DNA of 64,000 nt. Source: Minisyncoccota bacterium. Lineage in GTDB: Bacteria; Patescibacteriota; Minisyncoccia; Phycocordibacterales; JBAYLF01. Numbering within the stretch: the stretch's first letter is position 1; each line of letters starts with the position of its first letter. The notes below the pieces were generated by a model. It was not told the DNA's origin and searched no databases. It saw nothing but the letters and a program-made list of their open reading frames with translations. The DNA lies in assembly GCA_041664205.1 (NCBI GenBank), contig JBAYLF010000004.1, forward strand, positions 12,297-76,296. The letters are read 5' to 3'. The position numbers were made by a program, and so were the translations under genes. This document shows positions 36,890-47,598 of this stretch, piece after piece.

Positions 36890-37864
36890 TTAGTAAATAT
36901 CTGTTCCAATTTTGTTTCTCACATCTTTCATTTTTTCTTCCGCACGAGCTTGCGCTTTCTCGCCACCTTCTTTCAAAATTTTCAAAACTTCAGGAATATT
37001 TTGTGCGATAGCTTTTCTTTTTTCTCTAAGCGGAGCGATGAATTTTGTTATATCAGCTATCAATATATCTTTTGCTTCTTTATAACTTAATCCGCCATCT
37101 TGATAACGCTTTCGCAGATCTTCTGTTTCTTTTTCATTTAAGAAAAGTTTGTGAATTTGGAACAATGTATACTCTTCAGGATTTTTTGGATCTTCTGGTC
37201 GTTTTGAATCTGTTGGAATTCGCATTACCGCATTCTTTATATCTTCGTCCGTCGCAAAAAGTTCAATTATATTGTTATAGCTTTTACTCATCTTCTGTCC
37301 ATCAATTCCTGGAACTGTTTCTACATTTTCTAAAATAAGAGGTTTTGGAACTTTAAATGTTTCGCCAAAAATTCTATTGAACTTTTCTGCGGTATCTCTT
37401 GATATTTCAACATGCTGTTTTTGATCTTTACCCACTGGCACAATATCTGAATCATAAATTAAAATATCTGACGCCATCAATATCGGATAATCAAAAAGTC
37501 CTACGTTTACTTCTTTACTCTTTGCTTCAGCGTCTTTGAAAGCATGCGCACGCATTAGATATGGAACTGTAGTTATGCAATTAAAAGTCCATGCAAGCTC
37601 TGTAACTTGTGGAACATCAGATTGTTTAAACAGAACGACTTTCTTTGGATCAAGACCGATAGCCAAATAATCAATCGCGACATCAATGATGTTTTGTTTT
37701 AATTCTTCTTTATTCTGAACAGTTGTTAAAGCGTGAAGATCGGCAATAAAAATATATGCTTCATATTCGTTCTGAAGTTCAACAAACTGTTTCATTGCAC
37801 CAAAATAGTTTCCTATATGTGGCCTACCTGTAGGCTTTATTCCTGATAAAAGTATTTTTTTCAT
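36890..37864 (-). CDS. trpS: tryptophan--tRNA ligase
   Basis: TGRPHIGNYFGA (HIGH-type) and KMSKS. Confidence 0.9.
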   Translation of the reverse strand: MKKILLSGIKPTGRPHIGNYFGAMKQFVELQNEYEAYIFIADLHALTTVQNKEELKQNIIDVAIDYLAIGLDPKKVVLFKQSDVPQVTELAWTFNCITTVPYLMRAHAFKDAEAKSKEVNVGLFDYPILMASDILIYDSDIVPVGKDQKQHVEISRDTAEKFNRIFGETFKVPKPLILENVETVPGIDGQKMSKSYNNIIELFATDEDIKNAVMRIPTDSKRPEDPKNPEEYTLFQIHKLFLNEKETEDLRKRYQDGGLSYKEAKDILIADITKFIAPLREKRKAIAQNIPEVLKILKEGGEKAQARAEEKMKDVRNKIGTDIY

Positions 37865-37879
37865 AACTTCTATATAATA

Positions 37880-37907
37880 ACAAAAATAATGCTTTTTAAA
37901 AGCATTT
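37880..37907 (-). terminator. rho-independent terminator downstream of the pilin operon
   Basis: aatgcttttt-aaaagcatt palindrome with a T-run on the - strand. Confidence 0.55.
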
Positions 37908-37986
37908 TATATACTAACTGATCTTAACTTATTATTTCCGCAAAAAGAGTATATTTAAAAATTATAACCATAATCTATACATAAAA

Positions 37987-38484
37987 TTATTCATTACAAT
38001 CTAGTTTTTTATTAGTTACAGATTTTATATCTTTTCCATCTACTACGAATTCGCAATTTCCAGTACCAGTAGTAGAAGTATCCGCGATACAGTAATAATA
38101 AAGTGAACCATAGCCTGGACTAGGACGTCGTAAGGTAATTCTTACAACAATACCGCCAGTCACGATCCAATTTTCCCAATCATAAGTCCAGCCACTGCAT
38201 GGCGGAGTCGGCCAGCTTTTTAAATATTTCGAAACAAATCTTGGTGGTGAATTTGGACCAACATCGGTAGCATAATTATTGTTATCATTGTAATCAAGAT
38301 TTGCTGCTACTCCTATAGAATTCATTGTTTCTAAAACTTGGGCAAATCTTGCTTTGCTACGGGAACTTTTTACGTTTACCTCTATGATACTTGAAAGCAA
38401 CATAATAATAGAAATCACCACGAGTAATTCAATTAAGGTGAAACCTCTTTTTTTTATTTTTTTTAATGTTTCTCGGTTGTGCAT
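37987..38484 (-). CDS. type IV pilin / pseudopilin (prepilin-type N-terminal cleavage/methylation domain)
   Basis: Class III signal: KRGFTLIELLVVISIIMLL. Confidence 0.8.
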   Translation of the reverse strand: MHNRETLKKIKKRGFTLIELLVVISIIMLLSSIIEVNVKSSRSKARFAQVLETMNSIGVAANLDYNDNNNYATDVGPNSPPRFVSKYLKSWPTPPCSGWTYDWENWIVTGGIVVRITLRRPSPGYGSLYYYCIADTSTTGTGNCEFVVDGKDIKSVTNKKLDCNE

Positions 38485-38496
38485 ATTTTAAAATTT

Positions 38497-38778
38497 TCAC
38501 AACCCGTGACCAGTTTCCATATAAGATTTTTGCTCAGGAGTCATTGGTGATATTTTTTTTCCTACATTTCCACCAAATAATAAAAACAGTGAAATAATAA
38601 ATACTAATATTGAAAACCCGATTAAGATATAATTTGCCTGCTTTTCATTAATATTTCCACCAGAATATTTTATAATCCATTGAATCATTTTTGGAGATTG
38701 TGCTTGAAAAGACTGAACAGAGCGTTGCAACTCATCATCAGCAAAAGTTACTTTCGATGATTTATTATTTTGATCCAT
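38497..38778 (-). CDS. small hypothetical membrane protein
   Basis: 93 aa with one TM helix. Lies inside the pilin operon. Confidence 0.5.
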   Translation of the reverse strand: MDQNNKSSKVTFADDELQRSVQSFQAQSPKMIQWIIKYSGGNINEKQANYILIGFSILVFIISLFLLFGGNVGKKISPMTPEQKSYMETGHGL

Positions 38779-38820
38779 TTTTTTAGACTACGTTAATAAA
38801 ATAAAAATTTACCTACAAAA

Positions 38821-40176
38821 TTACTGACAAGCCCCAGCTTCCGTAGTTAATGTTCCAGCATTACTTACATATAATCTATAAGCTGTTCCATTAGGCGAAA
38901 ACATCTGAACACAGGAGCCGTTTGTAGTAGATTGTTTTGTTCCGATAAAAACAGTAGTTGTTGCAGTGGTTACAGATGGTGAAATGGAAACAATAGCTGA
39001 TGGTGAACTGGAACCAATTCCTAAATTACCAGAAGAATTAATAACGGAATTCAAAACACCTGTGGTGCTAAAAACATCTAAAATGTTTGCCGTTTGAGAA
39101 GCAACAGGTCTAATAGCTAATGTTGTAGATGCGATGTCGGTTCCTGTTATTGAAAGTTTGGCATATGGAGTAGTGGTACTAATACCTAAATTTCCAGTAG
39201 CTACTGCTGCGCTTGAAGAAGTGAGTCCTCCGTAAATTCCTGTGCCGTAGATAAGATTTCCGATGTTTAATTGTTGATTGACTGTAGTAGAAGGAGCGTT
39301 AACATTTGCACCTATGATGATGCTGGATGAAGCGGTGGTTATATTGTATCCCGCCGAATACCCTAAGGCAGTATTATTAGAACCAAAAGTGTTGGAATAA
39401 AGAGCTGCCCTACCTTGAGCAGTATTTTTGTAACCTATGGTGTTGTTAACAAGTGAATCAACACCATCGGCTGTATTGTACCAGCCAGTAGTATTGATCA
39501 TAAGAGCTTGATTACCATTAGCTGTATTCCACCAACCTGTAGTGTTACCATAAAGTGCAACCGCGCCATTAGCTGTATTACCAGAGCCTGTAGTATTAAG
39601 GTCAAGAGATGCCCAACCATTGGCAACATTGTAGTTGCCTGTAGTATTAGCGTACAAAGAGACTCTGCCAAAAGCTGTATTATTAGCACCTGTAGTATTA
39701 TTATAAAAAGACTGAAAACCAACAGCAGTATTTTGATCTGCTGCGTTATTACTAGCTGTTGAACTGGAAAATCCAGCTTGATAACCAACAAAAGTATTTA
39801 GTGTAGCACCTGCTACTACATTCTTTCCTGCCTGATAACCAAGTTTAGTATTTTGATCTGTATTATTAAAATCAATTAAATCGTAAACGCCTAAGAGGCT
39901 GTTTGGCGTTGTTGTTCCAATACCTACACTTCCTCCACCTGTTGCAAACGTTGCTCCGCCTGCGAATGTAGATGTGCTTGTTATTGTATTTACTGACAAA
40001 GCGCTTGTTAATACGCTATTACCTGTTACAGATAAATTTCCACCTACTGTAGTATCACCCGTTGATATTATGTTTGTTCCTATTGATGTTGCTGATACAA
40101 CTCCGGCTACAATAAAAAGAGATAAAGAAAGTATAGCAATTGTAAAAATATTTTCCTTAGTAATATATGACTTCAT
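38821..40176 (-). CDS. large secreted Gly/Asn/Thr-rich repeat protein (YadA-head-like or tail-fibre-like NTAxG repeats); putative adhesin
   Basis: Signal peptide, then about 17-residue tandem units (NTANGAVALYGNTTGWW / NTANGNQALMINTTGWY / NTADGVDSLVNNTIGYK ...). C-terminal Cys pair. Confidence 0.65.
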   Translation of the reverse strand: MKSYITKENIFTIAILSLSLFIVAGVVSATSIGTNIISTGDTTVGGNLSVTGNSVLTSALSVNTITSTSTFAGGATFATGGGSVGIGTTTPNSLLGVYDLIDFNNTDQNTKLGYQAGKNVVAGATLNTFVGYQAGFSSSTASNNAADQNTAVGFQSFYNNTTGANNTAFGRVSLYANTTGNYNVANGWASLDLNTTGSGNTANGAVALYGNTTGWWNTANGNQALMINTTGWYNTADGVDSLVNNTIGYKNTAQGRAALYSNTFGSNNTALGYSAGYNITTASSSIIIGANVNAPSTTVNQQLNIGNLIYGTGIYGGLTSSSAAVATGNLGISTTTPYAKLSITGTDIASTTLAIRPVASQTANILDVFSTTGVLNSVINSSGNLGIGSSSPSAIVSISPSVTTATTTVFIGTKQSTTNGSCVQMFSPNGTAYRLYVSNAGTLTTEAGACQ

Positions 40177-40315
40177 GATAATTGAAGTTAAATTTAAATA
40201 ATTAACTGATGTCGTTTATTATAACAAATTTGTTTGATTAGGAACAAAGTAGCTGTGGAACAAAAAACTCACGAATGAATCGCGAATTTTTTTGTAATTT
40301 CCACAAAAACGGAGA

Positions 40316-40364
40316 TCTAATTTCACTCTGCTTAATCTGGATTCCCGCTTTCGCGGGAATGACA
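40316..40364. repeat. GC-rich palindromic repeat element, copy 2 (single hairpin unit)
   Basis: tctaatttcactctgcttaatctgGATTCCCGCTTTCGCGGGAATGACA. Differs by a few mismatches from 33941-33989. Confidence 0.7.
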
Positions 40365-40372
40365 GAAGTATT

Positions 40373-41458
40373 TTAAATCCCCTCTTTTTTCAGATCTTCA
40401 ATCAATCGTCTTGCCTCCTTAGAAAGCTTAGATGGAATCTTGATACTTACGCGGATCAAAAGATCTCCTCTTTTAGTTTTGTCTATTGGCACGCCTTTAT
40501 TTTTTTCTCGAAGAATTTCACCATGTGTTACTCCTTCAGGAATTTTTACTTTTATATCTCCATCAAGAGTATTTATTGTATATTCCGAACCTAGAAGAGC
40601 ATCGGAAAGTTTTACACTTAGATCCATAACTAAATTTTTTCCTTCCTTTTTAAAAGTAGGATGTTTTCTAACATGAATTTTTATATAAAGGTCGCCTGTC
40701 CCCCCACCTGCGATAGCTTCTCCTTTTCCGTTCATACGAAGCATCTCTCCGTCTTCAATTCCTGCTGGAATTTGAATTTTTATTTCTTCTTGCTTTTTAA
40801 GAACTCCCAAACCTGCACATTTTGTGCATTTTACTTTTGGAATTTTGCCTTTGCCGTTGCATTCTGGACAAACTCTTACAGTTGAAAAAGTTCCCATGAA
40901 AGATCTCTTGGTTTCTTTTATCTGACCTTTGCCGTTGCATTTTTCACAGGTCTTCATTTCTGTTCCAGGTTCTGCTCCGTTTCCCGAACAACGTTCACAA
41001 GTTGAAGTTTTATTTAAAGAAAATATTTTTTCTACGCCAAATATTGATTCTGAAAAATTCAATTCAATATCAACTGAAATATCACGTCCTCTTTTTGCAC
41101 GCTGACCTCCACCTCCAAAAAAGTCTCCGAATATATCTCCGAGATCAAATTCAAATTGGCCACCGTTTGCATTTCCAAAGTTTGAAAAATCAAAACCTCC
41201 AAAGTCTTGTCCGCCAAAACCTTGTCCTTGAGGACCGCTTGCACCTTCAAAAGCACTACCATAAGTATCATACTGCGAACGTTTTTTATCATCAGACAAA
41301 ACACTATAAGCCTGACTTATTTCTTTGAACTTGGCTTCGTTGCCAGTTTTCTTATCAGGGTGATATTTATGCGCGAGCTTTCTGAAAGCCTTTTTGATCT
41401 CATCACTTGAGGCTCCTTTTGCAACACCTAAAATTTCATAATAATCTTTATTTGCCAT
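40373..41458 (-). CDS. dnaJ: molecular chaperone DnaJ
   Basis: J-domain with HPD (KYHPDKK). G/F-rich region. Four CxxCxGxG zinc-finger repeats. Confidence 0.9.
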   Translation of the reverse strand: MANKDYYEILGVAKGASSDEIKKAFRKLAHKYHPDKKTGNEAKFKEISQAYSVLSDDKKRSQYDTYGSAFEGASGPQGQGFGGQDFGGFDFSNFGNANGGQFEFDLGDIFGDFFGGGGQRAKRGRDISVDIELNFSESIFGVEKIFSLNKTSTCERCSGNGAEPGTEMKTCEKCNGKGQIKETKRSFMGTFSTVRVCPECNGKGKIPKVKCTKCAGLGVLKKQEEIKIQIPAGIEDGEMLRMNGKGEAIAGGGTGDLYIKIHVRKHPTFKKEGKNLVMDLSVKLSDALLGSEYTINTLDGDIKVKIPEGVTHGEILREKNKGVPIDKTKRGDLLIRVSIKIPSKLSKEARRLIEDLKKEGI

Positions 41459-41526
41459 AATTGTTTACATTTTATCACAAAAATCTAAATTGACAATGAC
41501 TTTATAACGTTGTGATATTTAGAGAC

Positions 41527-41562
41527 GCAAAAAGCGCTGCGGGTTTTCGTGCAGCGCTTTTT
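41527..41562 (-). terminator. rho-independent terminator after dnaK
   Basis: On the - strand, aaaaagcgctgcacgaaaacccgcagcgcttttt. Confidence 0.7.
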
Positions 41563-41571
41563 AAACTTTAA

Positions 41572-43497
41572 TTATTTCGTTTCTCCGCCAGCTGGATTTG
41601 GATTTGCTCCCGCTTCGCCTGTGCTTTCTGGATTAGCGCCGCCTTCTTGCCCTGTCGCGCCTGCATCAGCTGGTGGTGGAGTATTTTGTCCTTCTGGATG
41701 CTGTGACATATATTCGCCTATTTTTGAAATTTCGTGGGATAGATCATCAGTTGCGGTTTTTATTGAAGCTTCATCAGTTCCATCTTTAACTTTTTTCACT
41801 GCCTCAATTTTTGCATTGACACCATTTTTAATTTCATCAGTAATTTTTGCACCATTATCTCTAAGTGCTTTCTCTGCTATATAAATAGTTTGCTCAGCAG
41901 TATTTTTTGTATCAACCAACTCTTTCTTTTTCTTATCTTCGTCTTCGTGAAGTTCTGCTTCCTTCTTCATCTTTTCTATATCGTCTTTACTAAGTGAAGA
42001 ACTTGCCTCTATTCTTATAGATTGTGTTTTTCCTGTTGCTTTGTCTTTTGCAGTAACACTCAAAATACCGTTCGCATCAACATCAAAAGCAACCTCTATT
42101 TGAGGCATTCCTCGTGGCGCTGGTGGAATTCCGTCTAGAATAAATCTACCGAGACTCTTGTTATCAGAAACCATTGGTCGCTCACCTTGAACAATGTGAA
42201 TATCGACTGAAGTTTGATTGTCTGATGCAGTTGAAAATACCTGTGACTTTGAGGTCGGAATAGTTGTGTTTCTTTCAATTATCTTTGTTGCAACAGATCC
42301 CATTGTTTCAATTCCTAAAGAAAGAGGAATAACATCTAGAAGTAAAATATCTCTAACTTCTCCTGTAATAACACCTGCTTGAATTGCAGCACCCATAGCA
42401 ACTACTTCGTCAGGGTTGATAGAAAGGTTTGGTTCTTTTCCAAAAAATTCTTTTACTACCTGTTGCAATTTTGGCATTCTGGTTTGTCCTCCAACAAGAA
42501 TTACTTCGTTAATTTCATTTGCTTTAAATGGCGATGCTTCGATAACTCGCTTTGTAATTGAAAGTGCGCGGTCAACAAACTCTTGTGTGAGCTCTTCGAG
42601 TTTTGCACGATTTAATTTTACAAGAAGGTGCTTTGGACCGTTAGCATCGGAAGTTAAAAATGGAATATTTATTTCTGTTTCCATTGCGGTTGAAAGTTCT
42701 ATCTTTGCTTTTTCTGCTGACTCATCTAATCGCTGAAGAGCAAGAGGATCATTTCTAACATCAATGCCGTTTTCTTTTTTGAATTCGTCAGCAAGCCAAT
42801 TCATTATCTTTTGATCGATATCCTTTCCTCCCAAGTGACTGTCGCCATCTGTTGCCTTAACTTCTACAACATCATCACCGACTTCCAAAATTGAAATATC
42901 GAAAGTTCCGCCTCCGAAGTCGAACACAGCAATTTTTTCTTCTTTCTTTTTGTTAAAGCCGTATGCGAGCGCTGCTGCAGTTGGTTCGTTTATGATTCTC
43001 TTTACATCAAGTCCGGCAATTGCTCCAGCGTCTTTAGTAGCCTTTCTTTGCGCATCATTAAAGTATGCAGGAACTGTAATGACAGCTTCTGTTATCTTCT
43101 CGCCAAGCCTAGCTTCTGCATCATTCTTTAATTTTTGAAGAACCATCGCAGAGATCTCTTCTGGTCGATACATCTTGTCGTTCATTTTTACTTGAACTCC
43201 CCCATCAGTAGATTTTGTAACTTCAAATGGCACAGATTTTACATCACGCTGAACAGCAGGATCATCAAAAGAGTGACCCATAAATCGCTTGATACCAAAG
43301 ATCGTATTTTTCGGATTTGTGATAGCTTGTCGTTTTGCGAGCAAACCGACAATTCTCTCATTGGTCTTTGAGATAGCAACAATAGAAGGAGTTGTTCGAG
43401 CCCCCTCAGCATTCTCCATAATTTTAGGCGTGCCACCTTCCATTACAGCGACTGCAGAAAATGTTGTTCCAAGATCTATACCAATTACTTTTGCCAT
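41572..43497 (-). CDS. dnaK: molecular chaperone DnaK (Hsp70)
   Basis: [22 protein letters not shown] and the other Hsp70 signatures. Confidence 0.95.
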   Translation of the reverse strand: MAKVIGIDLGTTFSAVAVMEGGTPKIMENAEGARTTPSIVAISKTNERIVGLLAKRQAITNPKNTIFGIKRFMGHSFDDPAVQRDVKSVPFEVTKSTDGGVQVKMNDKMYRPEEISAMVLQKLKNDAEARLGEKITEAVITVPAYFNDAQRKATKDAGAIAGLDVKRIINEPTAAALAYGFNKKKEEKIAVFDFGGGTFDISILEVGDDVVEVKATDGDSHLGGKDIDQKIMNWLADEFKKENGIDVRNDPLALQRLDESAEKAKIELSTAMETEINIPFLTSDANGPKHLLVKLNRAKLEELTQEFVDRALSITKRVIEASPFKANEINEVILVGGQTRMPKLQQVVKEFFGKEPNLSINPDEVVAMGAAIQAGVITGEVRDILLLDVIPLSLGIETMGSVATKIIERNTTIPTSKSQVFSTASDNQTSVDIHIVQGERPMVSDNKSLGRFILDGIPPAPRGMPQIEVAFDVDANGILSVTAKDKATGKTQSIRIEASSSLSKDDIEKMKKEAELHEDEDKKKKELVDTKNTAEQTIYIAEKALRDNGAKITDEIKNGVNAKIEAVKKVKDGTDEASIKTATDDLSHEISKIGEYMSQHPEGQNTPPPADAGATGQEGGANPESTGEAGANPNPAGGETK

Positions 43498-43592
43498 ATA
43501 TTTTATTTGTTAATTACTTTTTAATTTTAATTTAATTTGTTCTTAAATTTTATAAAATTTCCTCAATTTTTCAAGTCTCTTCAGATTCTGGA

Positions 43593-44213
43593 TTATTTTT
43601 TAAATTCTGCGACTTTCACTCTCGCCGCCCTGATAACTCTATCGTGAATCTTATATCCTTTCTGTAAAACATCCGTTATTGTGCCATCAAGATTTGGGTC
43701 ATCCACAGCAACAAGCTCCGAAGCTGAGTGAACATAATGATCGAACTTTTCGCCTTTTTGAGGACTGATCTGTTTTACATTATTATTTTCCAAAACAGTT
43801 TGAAGCTGATTATAAATATACTCAACTCCAACTCTCCATTCTTTAGAAACTTTTTCCCATGCTTCTTTGTTGGAAAATGCCATTTCAAAACTATCCAAAA
43901 CCGGTATGATCTGATTTAAAAGATCTTCATTAGAATATTTAACAAGCTCGGCTCTCAACTCTTCGTCTTTCTTGCGGGCATTCACGAAATCTGCGCGAGA
44001 CCTCTGCCATCCGTCCAAATATTCTTGCTTCAATTTTTCTGCTTCTTTTAGTTTATCGCGAAGCTTTTTTATTTTTTCTTGAACACTCTCTCCTTCATCG
44101 TCTACAACCATATCTATATCAGAATCATTTTTTCCGTTGTCTTTTTCGAACTCTAAATTCTCTCGCTCATTATCTGATAAATTTTTATTTTTTTGCTCAT
44201 CATCCATAGGCAT
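43593..44213 (-). CDS. grpE: nucleotide exchange factor GrpE
   Basis: GrpE C-terminal domain. Acidic N-terminus. Position upstream of dnaK. Confidence 0.85.
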   Translation of the reverse strand: MPMDDEQKNKNLSDNERENLEFEKDNGKNDSDIDMVVDDEGESVQEKIKKLRDKLKEAEKLKQEYLDGWQRSRADFVNARKKDEELRAELVKYSNEDLLNQIIPVLDSFEMAFSNKEAWEKVSKEWRVGVEYIYNQLQTVLENNNVKQISPQKGEKFDHYVHSASELVAVDDPNLDGTITDVLQKGYKIHDRVIRAARVKVAEFKK

Positions 44214-44422
44214 AATTATTGCATTTATACGTTATTTATAAATAGTTAATTAATGTTGTGTAGCAAATATAACAATTTTAAATCACTGTGTCAACGCTAA
44301 AAAAGGTAAAAAACGGCATATTTTTTGATAAAAAATTTAAAAAAAATGTTAACCACAGATTAAACACAGCTTCCACACCTTTTTGCTTGTTGGTTCTCTA
44401 TAAACTTATTAAAATTGTTTCT

Positions 44423-45784
44423 ATGGCAACAGCAATTACAAAAAACAGTTTAAAAATTCCACCTCAAAGCACTGATGCGGAAATGGCTTTCTTGGGCTCG
44501 ATCATGATCCGACCGGAAGCTATTCATGAGATCCTAGATATTGTTAATACTAACTCTTTCTACTCCGAAAAAAACCGCTTGATCTATCAGACTATGATAG
44601 AGCTCCTTGGAAAAAATGAACCTATCGACCTTTTGTCAGTTTCATCGAGACTTCGAGAAACAGCAGACATTGATCGTATTGGCGGAGCAAGCTATGTTGC
44701 TGATCTTGTTAACGCAGTGCCGTCTTCAACAAACATTGGCAATTATGCAAAGATCATACAAAAGAAATTCATGATGCGAAAGCTCATAGAGGCTTCAGAA
44801 TATATTTCAAGTCTCGGCTATAACGAAGCCGAAGATATCGATGAACTTTTAGATCAAGCACAAAAAAGAATTTTCGATCTTACAAATAATTCTAGCGTGC
44901 ATAGATTTATTGAATTGAAAGACACACTCGGCGAAGCGTGGGAAAGATTAGATAGACTACACAAATCAAAAGATGGATTAAGAGGAGTGCCTAGCGGATT
45001 CAAAGATTTAGACGATAAACTTTCAGGCTTCCAAAATTCAGATCTTATTATTCTCGCAGCTAGACCTTCAATGGGAAAAACATCTCTTGCACTTGATATC
45101 GCAAGACAAGCTGCAACGATGCACGGAGTAGCAGTTGGAATATTTTCTCTTGAAATGAGCTCACAGCAACTTATCGATAGAATGCTTGCAGCAGAATCCA
45201 GAGTTGATGCGTGGAAACTTCGAACTGGACGCCTTTCTCTTGATAGCGATTTCGATAAGATACGCGACTCGCTTGCAAGACTTTCGACAGCTCCTATTTA
45301 TATAGACGACATGCCGGGAAATAATATTCTGAAAATGCGCTCGATCGCCCGCCGACTTAAGAACGAAAAGAAACTCGGACTTATAATCGTCGACTACTTG
45401 CAACTTATGGTCCCGACACAATCCAGAAATTCAGACAATATGGTTCAGCAAGTAACAGAAATTTCTCGATCACTTAAGAACCTCGCGAGAGAGCTAGATG
45501 TGCCTGTAATAGCGCTATCACAGCTAAGCCGAGCCGTTGAACAACGTGGCGGACGCCCTCGCCTATCCGACCTTCGAGATTCTGGATCTATCGAACAGGA
45601 CGCTGATGTTGTTATGTTCATTCATCGCGAAGACAAATATAATGAAAATTCCGACAAACCAAACATCGCGGAAATTATGATAGAAAAGCACAGAAATGGC
45701 GCAACTGGAAAAGTTGATCTATACTTTGACGACAAGAGGGCAACTTTCTTGAGCATCGATAAAAGCGGATTTCAGGAGTTTTAA
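44423..45784 (+). CDS. dnaB: replicative DNA helicase DnaB
   Basis: N-terminal DnaB domain. Walker A ARPSMGKTS. RecA-like C-terminal domain. Start placed at the Met (MATAIT). Confidence 0.9.
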   Translation: MATAITKNSLKIPPQSTDAEMAFLGSIMIRPEAIHEILDIVNTNSFYSEKNRLIYQTMIELLGKNEPIDLLSVSSRLRETADIDRIGGASYVADLVNAVPSSTNIGNYAKIIQKKFMMRKLIEASEYISSLGYNEAEDIDELLDQAQKRIFDLTNNSSVHRFIELKDTLGEAWERLDRLHKSKDGLRGVPSGFKDLDDKLSGFQNSDLIILAARPSMGKTSLALDIARQAATMHGVAVGIFSLEMSSQQLIDRMLAAESRVDAWKLRTGRLSLDSDFDKIRDSLARLSTAPIYIDDMPGNNILKMRSIARRLKNEKKLGLIIVDYLQLMVPTQSRNSDNMVQQVTEISRSLKNLARELDVPVIALSQLSRAVEQRGGRPRLSDLRDSGSIEQDADVVMFIHREDKYNENSDKPNIAEIMIEKHRNGATGKVDLYFDDKRATFLSIDKSGFQEF

Positions 45785-45789
45785 CAATC

Positions 45790-46410
45790 ATGACATCAAT
45801 TGAAAGATTAACAGAATTATTTAAAGACTTTCCAGGAATAGGACCAAGACAAGCGAAAAGGTTTGTCTATTTTTTACTTACGAGACCAGAAAGTTACAGA
45901 CGCGAATTAATATCACATATAGAAAATATAAAAAATAATATCCAGGCCTGCGCATCATGTTTTAGATTTTTTGAAGCAACTTCGGTTAGTCAAAAAGTCT
46001 GTTCTGTTTGTTCCAATCCGAATCGAGACAATTCAAGCCTTCTTATAGTCAGTCGAGATATAGATTTTGAAAATATAGAAAGAAGCCGATCGTTCAACGG
46101 CACATATTTTATTTTAGGCGGATCAATACCAATACTCGAAAAAAATCCTGAACTAAAAATACGTGCAAAAGAACTCGCTTCGGTCGTTAAGAAAAAAGCA
46201 TCTGAGTCGGGACTCAAAGAAATAATCATCGCACTTAACGCGAACCCTGAAGGAGAAAACACTGCGCAGTTTGTAACAAAATTTCTTGAGCCACTTACAA
46301 ATGAATTTGGATTAAAAGTCTCAACGCTCGGCCGAGGACTCTCCACCGGCACCGAAATAGAATATTCAGATTCAGAAACCATAAAGAACGCAATAAAAAA
46401 TAGATTTTAA
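45790..46410 (+). CDS. recR: recombination protein RecR
   Basis: HhH N-terminus (FPGIGPRQAKR). C4 zinc finger. Toprim domain. Confidence 0.9.
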   Translation: MTSIERLTELFKDFPGIGPRQAKRFVYFLLTRPESYRRELISHIENIKNNIQACASCFRFFEATSVSQKVCSVCSNPNRDNSSLLIVSRDIDFENIERSRSFNGTYFILGGSIPILEKNPELKIRAKELASVVKKKASESGLKEIIIALNANPEGENTAQFVTKFLEPLTNEFGLKVSTLGRGLSTGTEIEYSDSETIKNAIKNRF

Positions 46411-46471
46411 AAAAAGTTTGAAATAATATAATTTATTTGTTATCCTTGCACAAGAAGAAAGGAGTTAGATT

Positions 46472-46687
46472 ATGTGGATGACAGACTATATTAGCGAAAT
46501 CAGACGACAAATGATTAAAAAGTATGGATTTGAGGAAGATCCATTAAAACCCGGAATACCTATCAATGTTCCAAATGGAACGTATCCGATGAAAATCGAT
46601 GGAAAAATGGATTTTGTAAAAATTACAGATGATAAAATATCATGTTGTAATTTAAAAAAAAAGAAAAAAAGTAAAAAAAGAAAATAG
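46472..46687 (+). CDS. small hypothetical protein with Lys-rich tail
   Basis: 71 aa. SD aaggag 8 nt upstream. Followed by a terminator. Confidence 0.5.
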   Translation: MWMTDYISEIRRQMIKKYGFEEDPLKPGIPINVPNGTYPMKIDGKMDFVKITDDKISCCNLKKKKKSKKRK

Positions 46688-46745
46688 CTCTTTGTCGAAG
46701 AAACGAAACCTCACCATAAACTTTAATGATGAGGTTTTCTGTTAT

Positions 46746-46771
46746 AAAAAATCCCCTTTCGGGGATTTTTT
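46746..46771. terminator. bidirectional rho-independent terminator
   Basis: aaaaaatcccc-tttc-ggggatttttt. Confidence 0.8.
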
Positions 46772-46774
46772 AAT

Positions 46775-47125
46775 TTAGTTTATTGAGTTAACTTTGAATT
46801 TCATGAATGGCTGTCTGTGTCCGTTCTTTTTTAGGTATCGGCTTTTTGCCTTGTATTTTAGAACAACTAAAGTTGGATTTTTTCCAATTTCTATAAGTTC
46901 TCCTTCTACTTTAGCGCCTTCTATGAAAGGCATTCCTACAGTAATTTTTTCATCGTTTCCTTTTAGTAAAACTTTATCAAAAATAACCTTGTCTCCAAGT
47001 TTTAATTCTCCTTTTATTTTTTCAGTTTTTACAACATCGCCAACAGAAACTTTATACTGTTTTCCACCAGTAGCAATCACAGCGAGGTCGTTATTTGAAG
47101 CGTTTTTTAGTTTTTTTGTTGCCAT
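46775..47125 (-). CDS. rplU: 50S ribosomal protein L21 (with a short N-terminal extension)
   Basis: AVIATGGKQYKVSVGDVV is canonical L21. Start placed at MATKKLKN. The track ORF is longer. Confidence 0.8.
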   Translation of the reverse strand: MATKKLKNASNNDLAVIATGGKQYKVSVGDVVKTEKIKGELKLGDKVIFDKVLLKGNDEKITVGMPFIEGAKVEGELIEIGKNPTLVVLKYKAKSRYLKKNGHRQPFMKFKVNSIN

Positions 47126-47251
47126 ATCTTTCGTATAAATGTGTATGGATATATTATCAAAACCCCCTAAAAATGCAACCTTTTGCAACAAAAAGCTCTT
47201 AACAAGGTATTAATCCTGTTAAGAGCTTTGGCTAAAGAACTATCGTTGTCA

Positions 47252-47518
47252 CTAGCCCCAATAAAATGGGGATATTTCATATTGACTCGGAAAGTATCTC
47301 TTACAACAAGCAATTCTCTCTTGGTGACAATTAAATTCGGCATAATAATCACCCACGACCTCATTTAATCTACTATTAGGACTGACTATAATTTCAATCC
47401 CGTTTAATGTTGCTTTTACAAAATCCTCGAGATAAAATACCGAACTTTTTGACAGATCGATCATTTTTTTTGCAACTTCAATAATAGTTTCGTTTTCTTC
47501 CGGTTCGTATGTTGTCAT
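47252..47518 (-). CDS. hypothetical protein
   Basis: 88 aa. RBS ggagaaata upstream on the - strand. Confidence 0.45.
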   Translation of the reverse strand: MTTYEPEENETIIEVAKKMIDLSKSSVFYLEDFVKATLNGIEIIVSPNSRLNEVVGDYYAEFNCHQERIACCKRYFPSQYEISPFYWG

Positions 47519-47598
47519 TCTATTTCTCCTTTGAGTTTTTTATCTTCTAGAAATGTAACAAATAAACCACTTTTGTAAAGTGGTTTATTTTATATTTT

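Noticed and set aside
38821-40176. Phage tail-fibre gene or prophage
   Set aside because: Repeat style is tail-fibre-like. But the gene is followed by a type IV pilin and has a Sec signal peptide, and no capsid, terminase or integrase genes are nearby. Interpreted as a cellular adhesin instead
43498-44422. CIRCE/HAIR heat-shock operator upstream of grpE-dnaK or dnaJ
   Set aside because: No TTAGCACTC-N9-GAGTGCTAA-like inverted repeat found by eye. hrcA is also absent from the window
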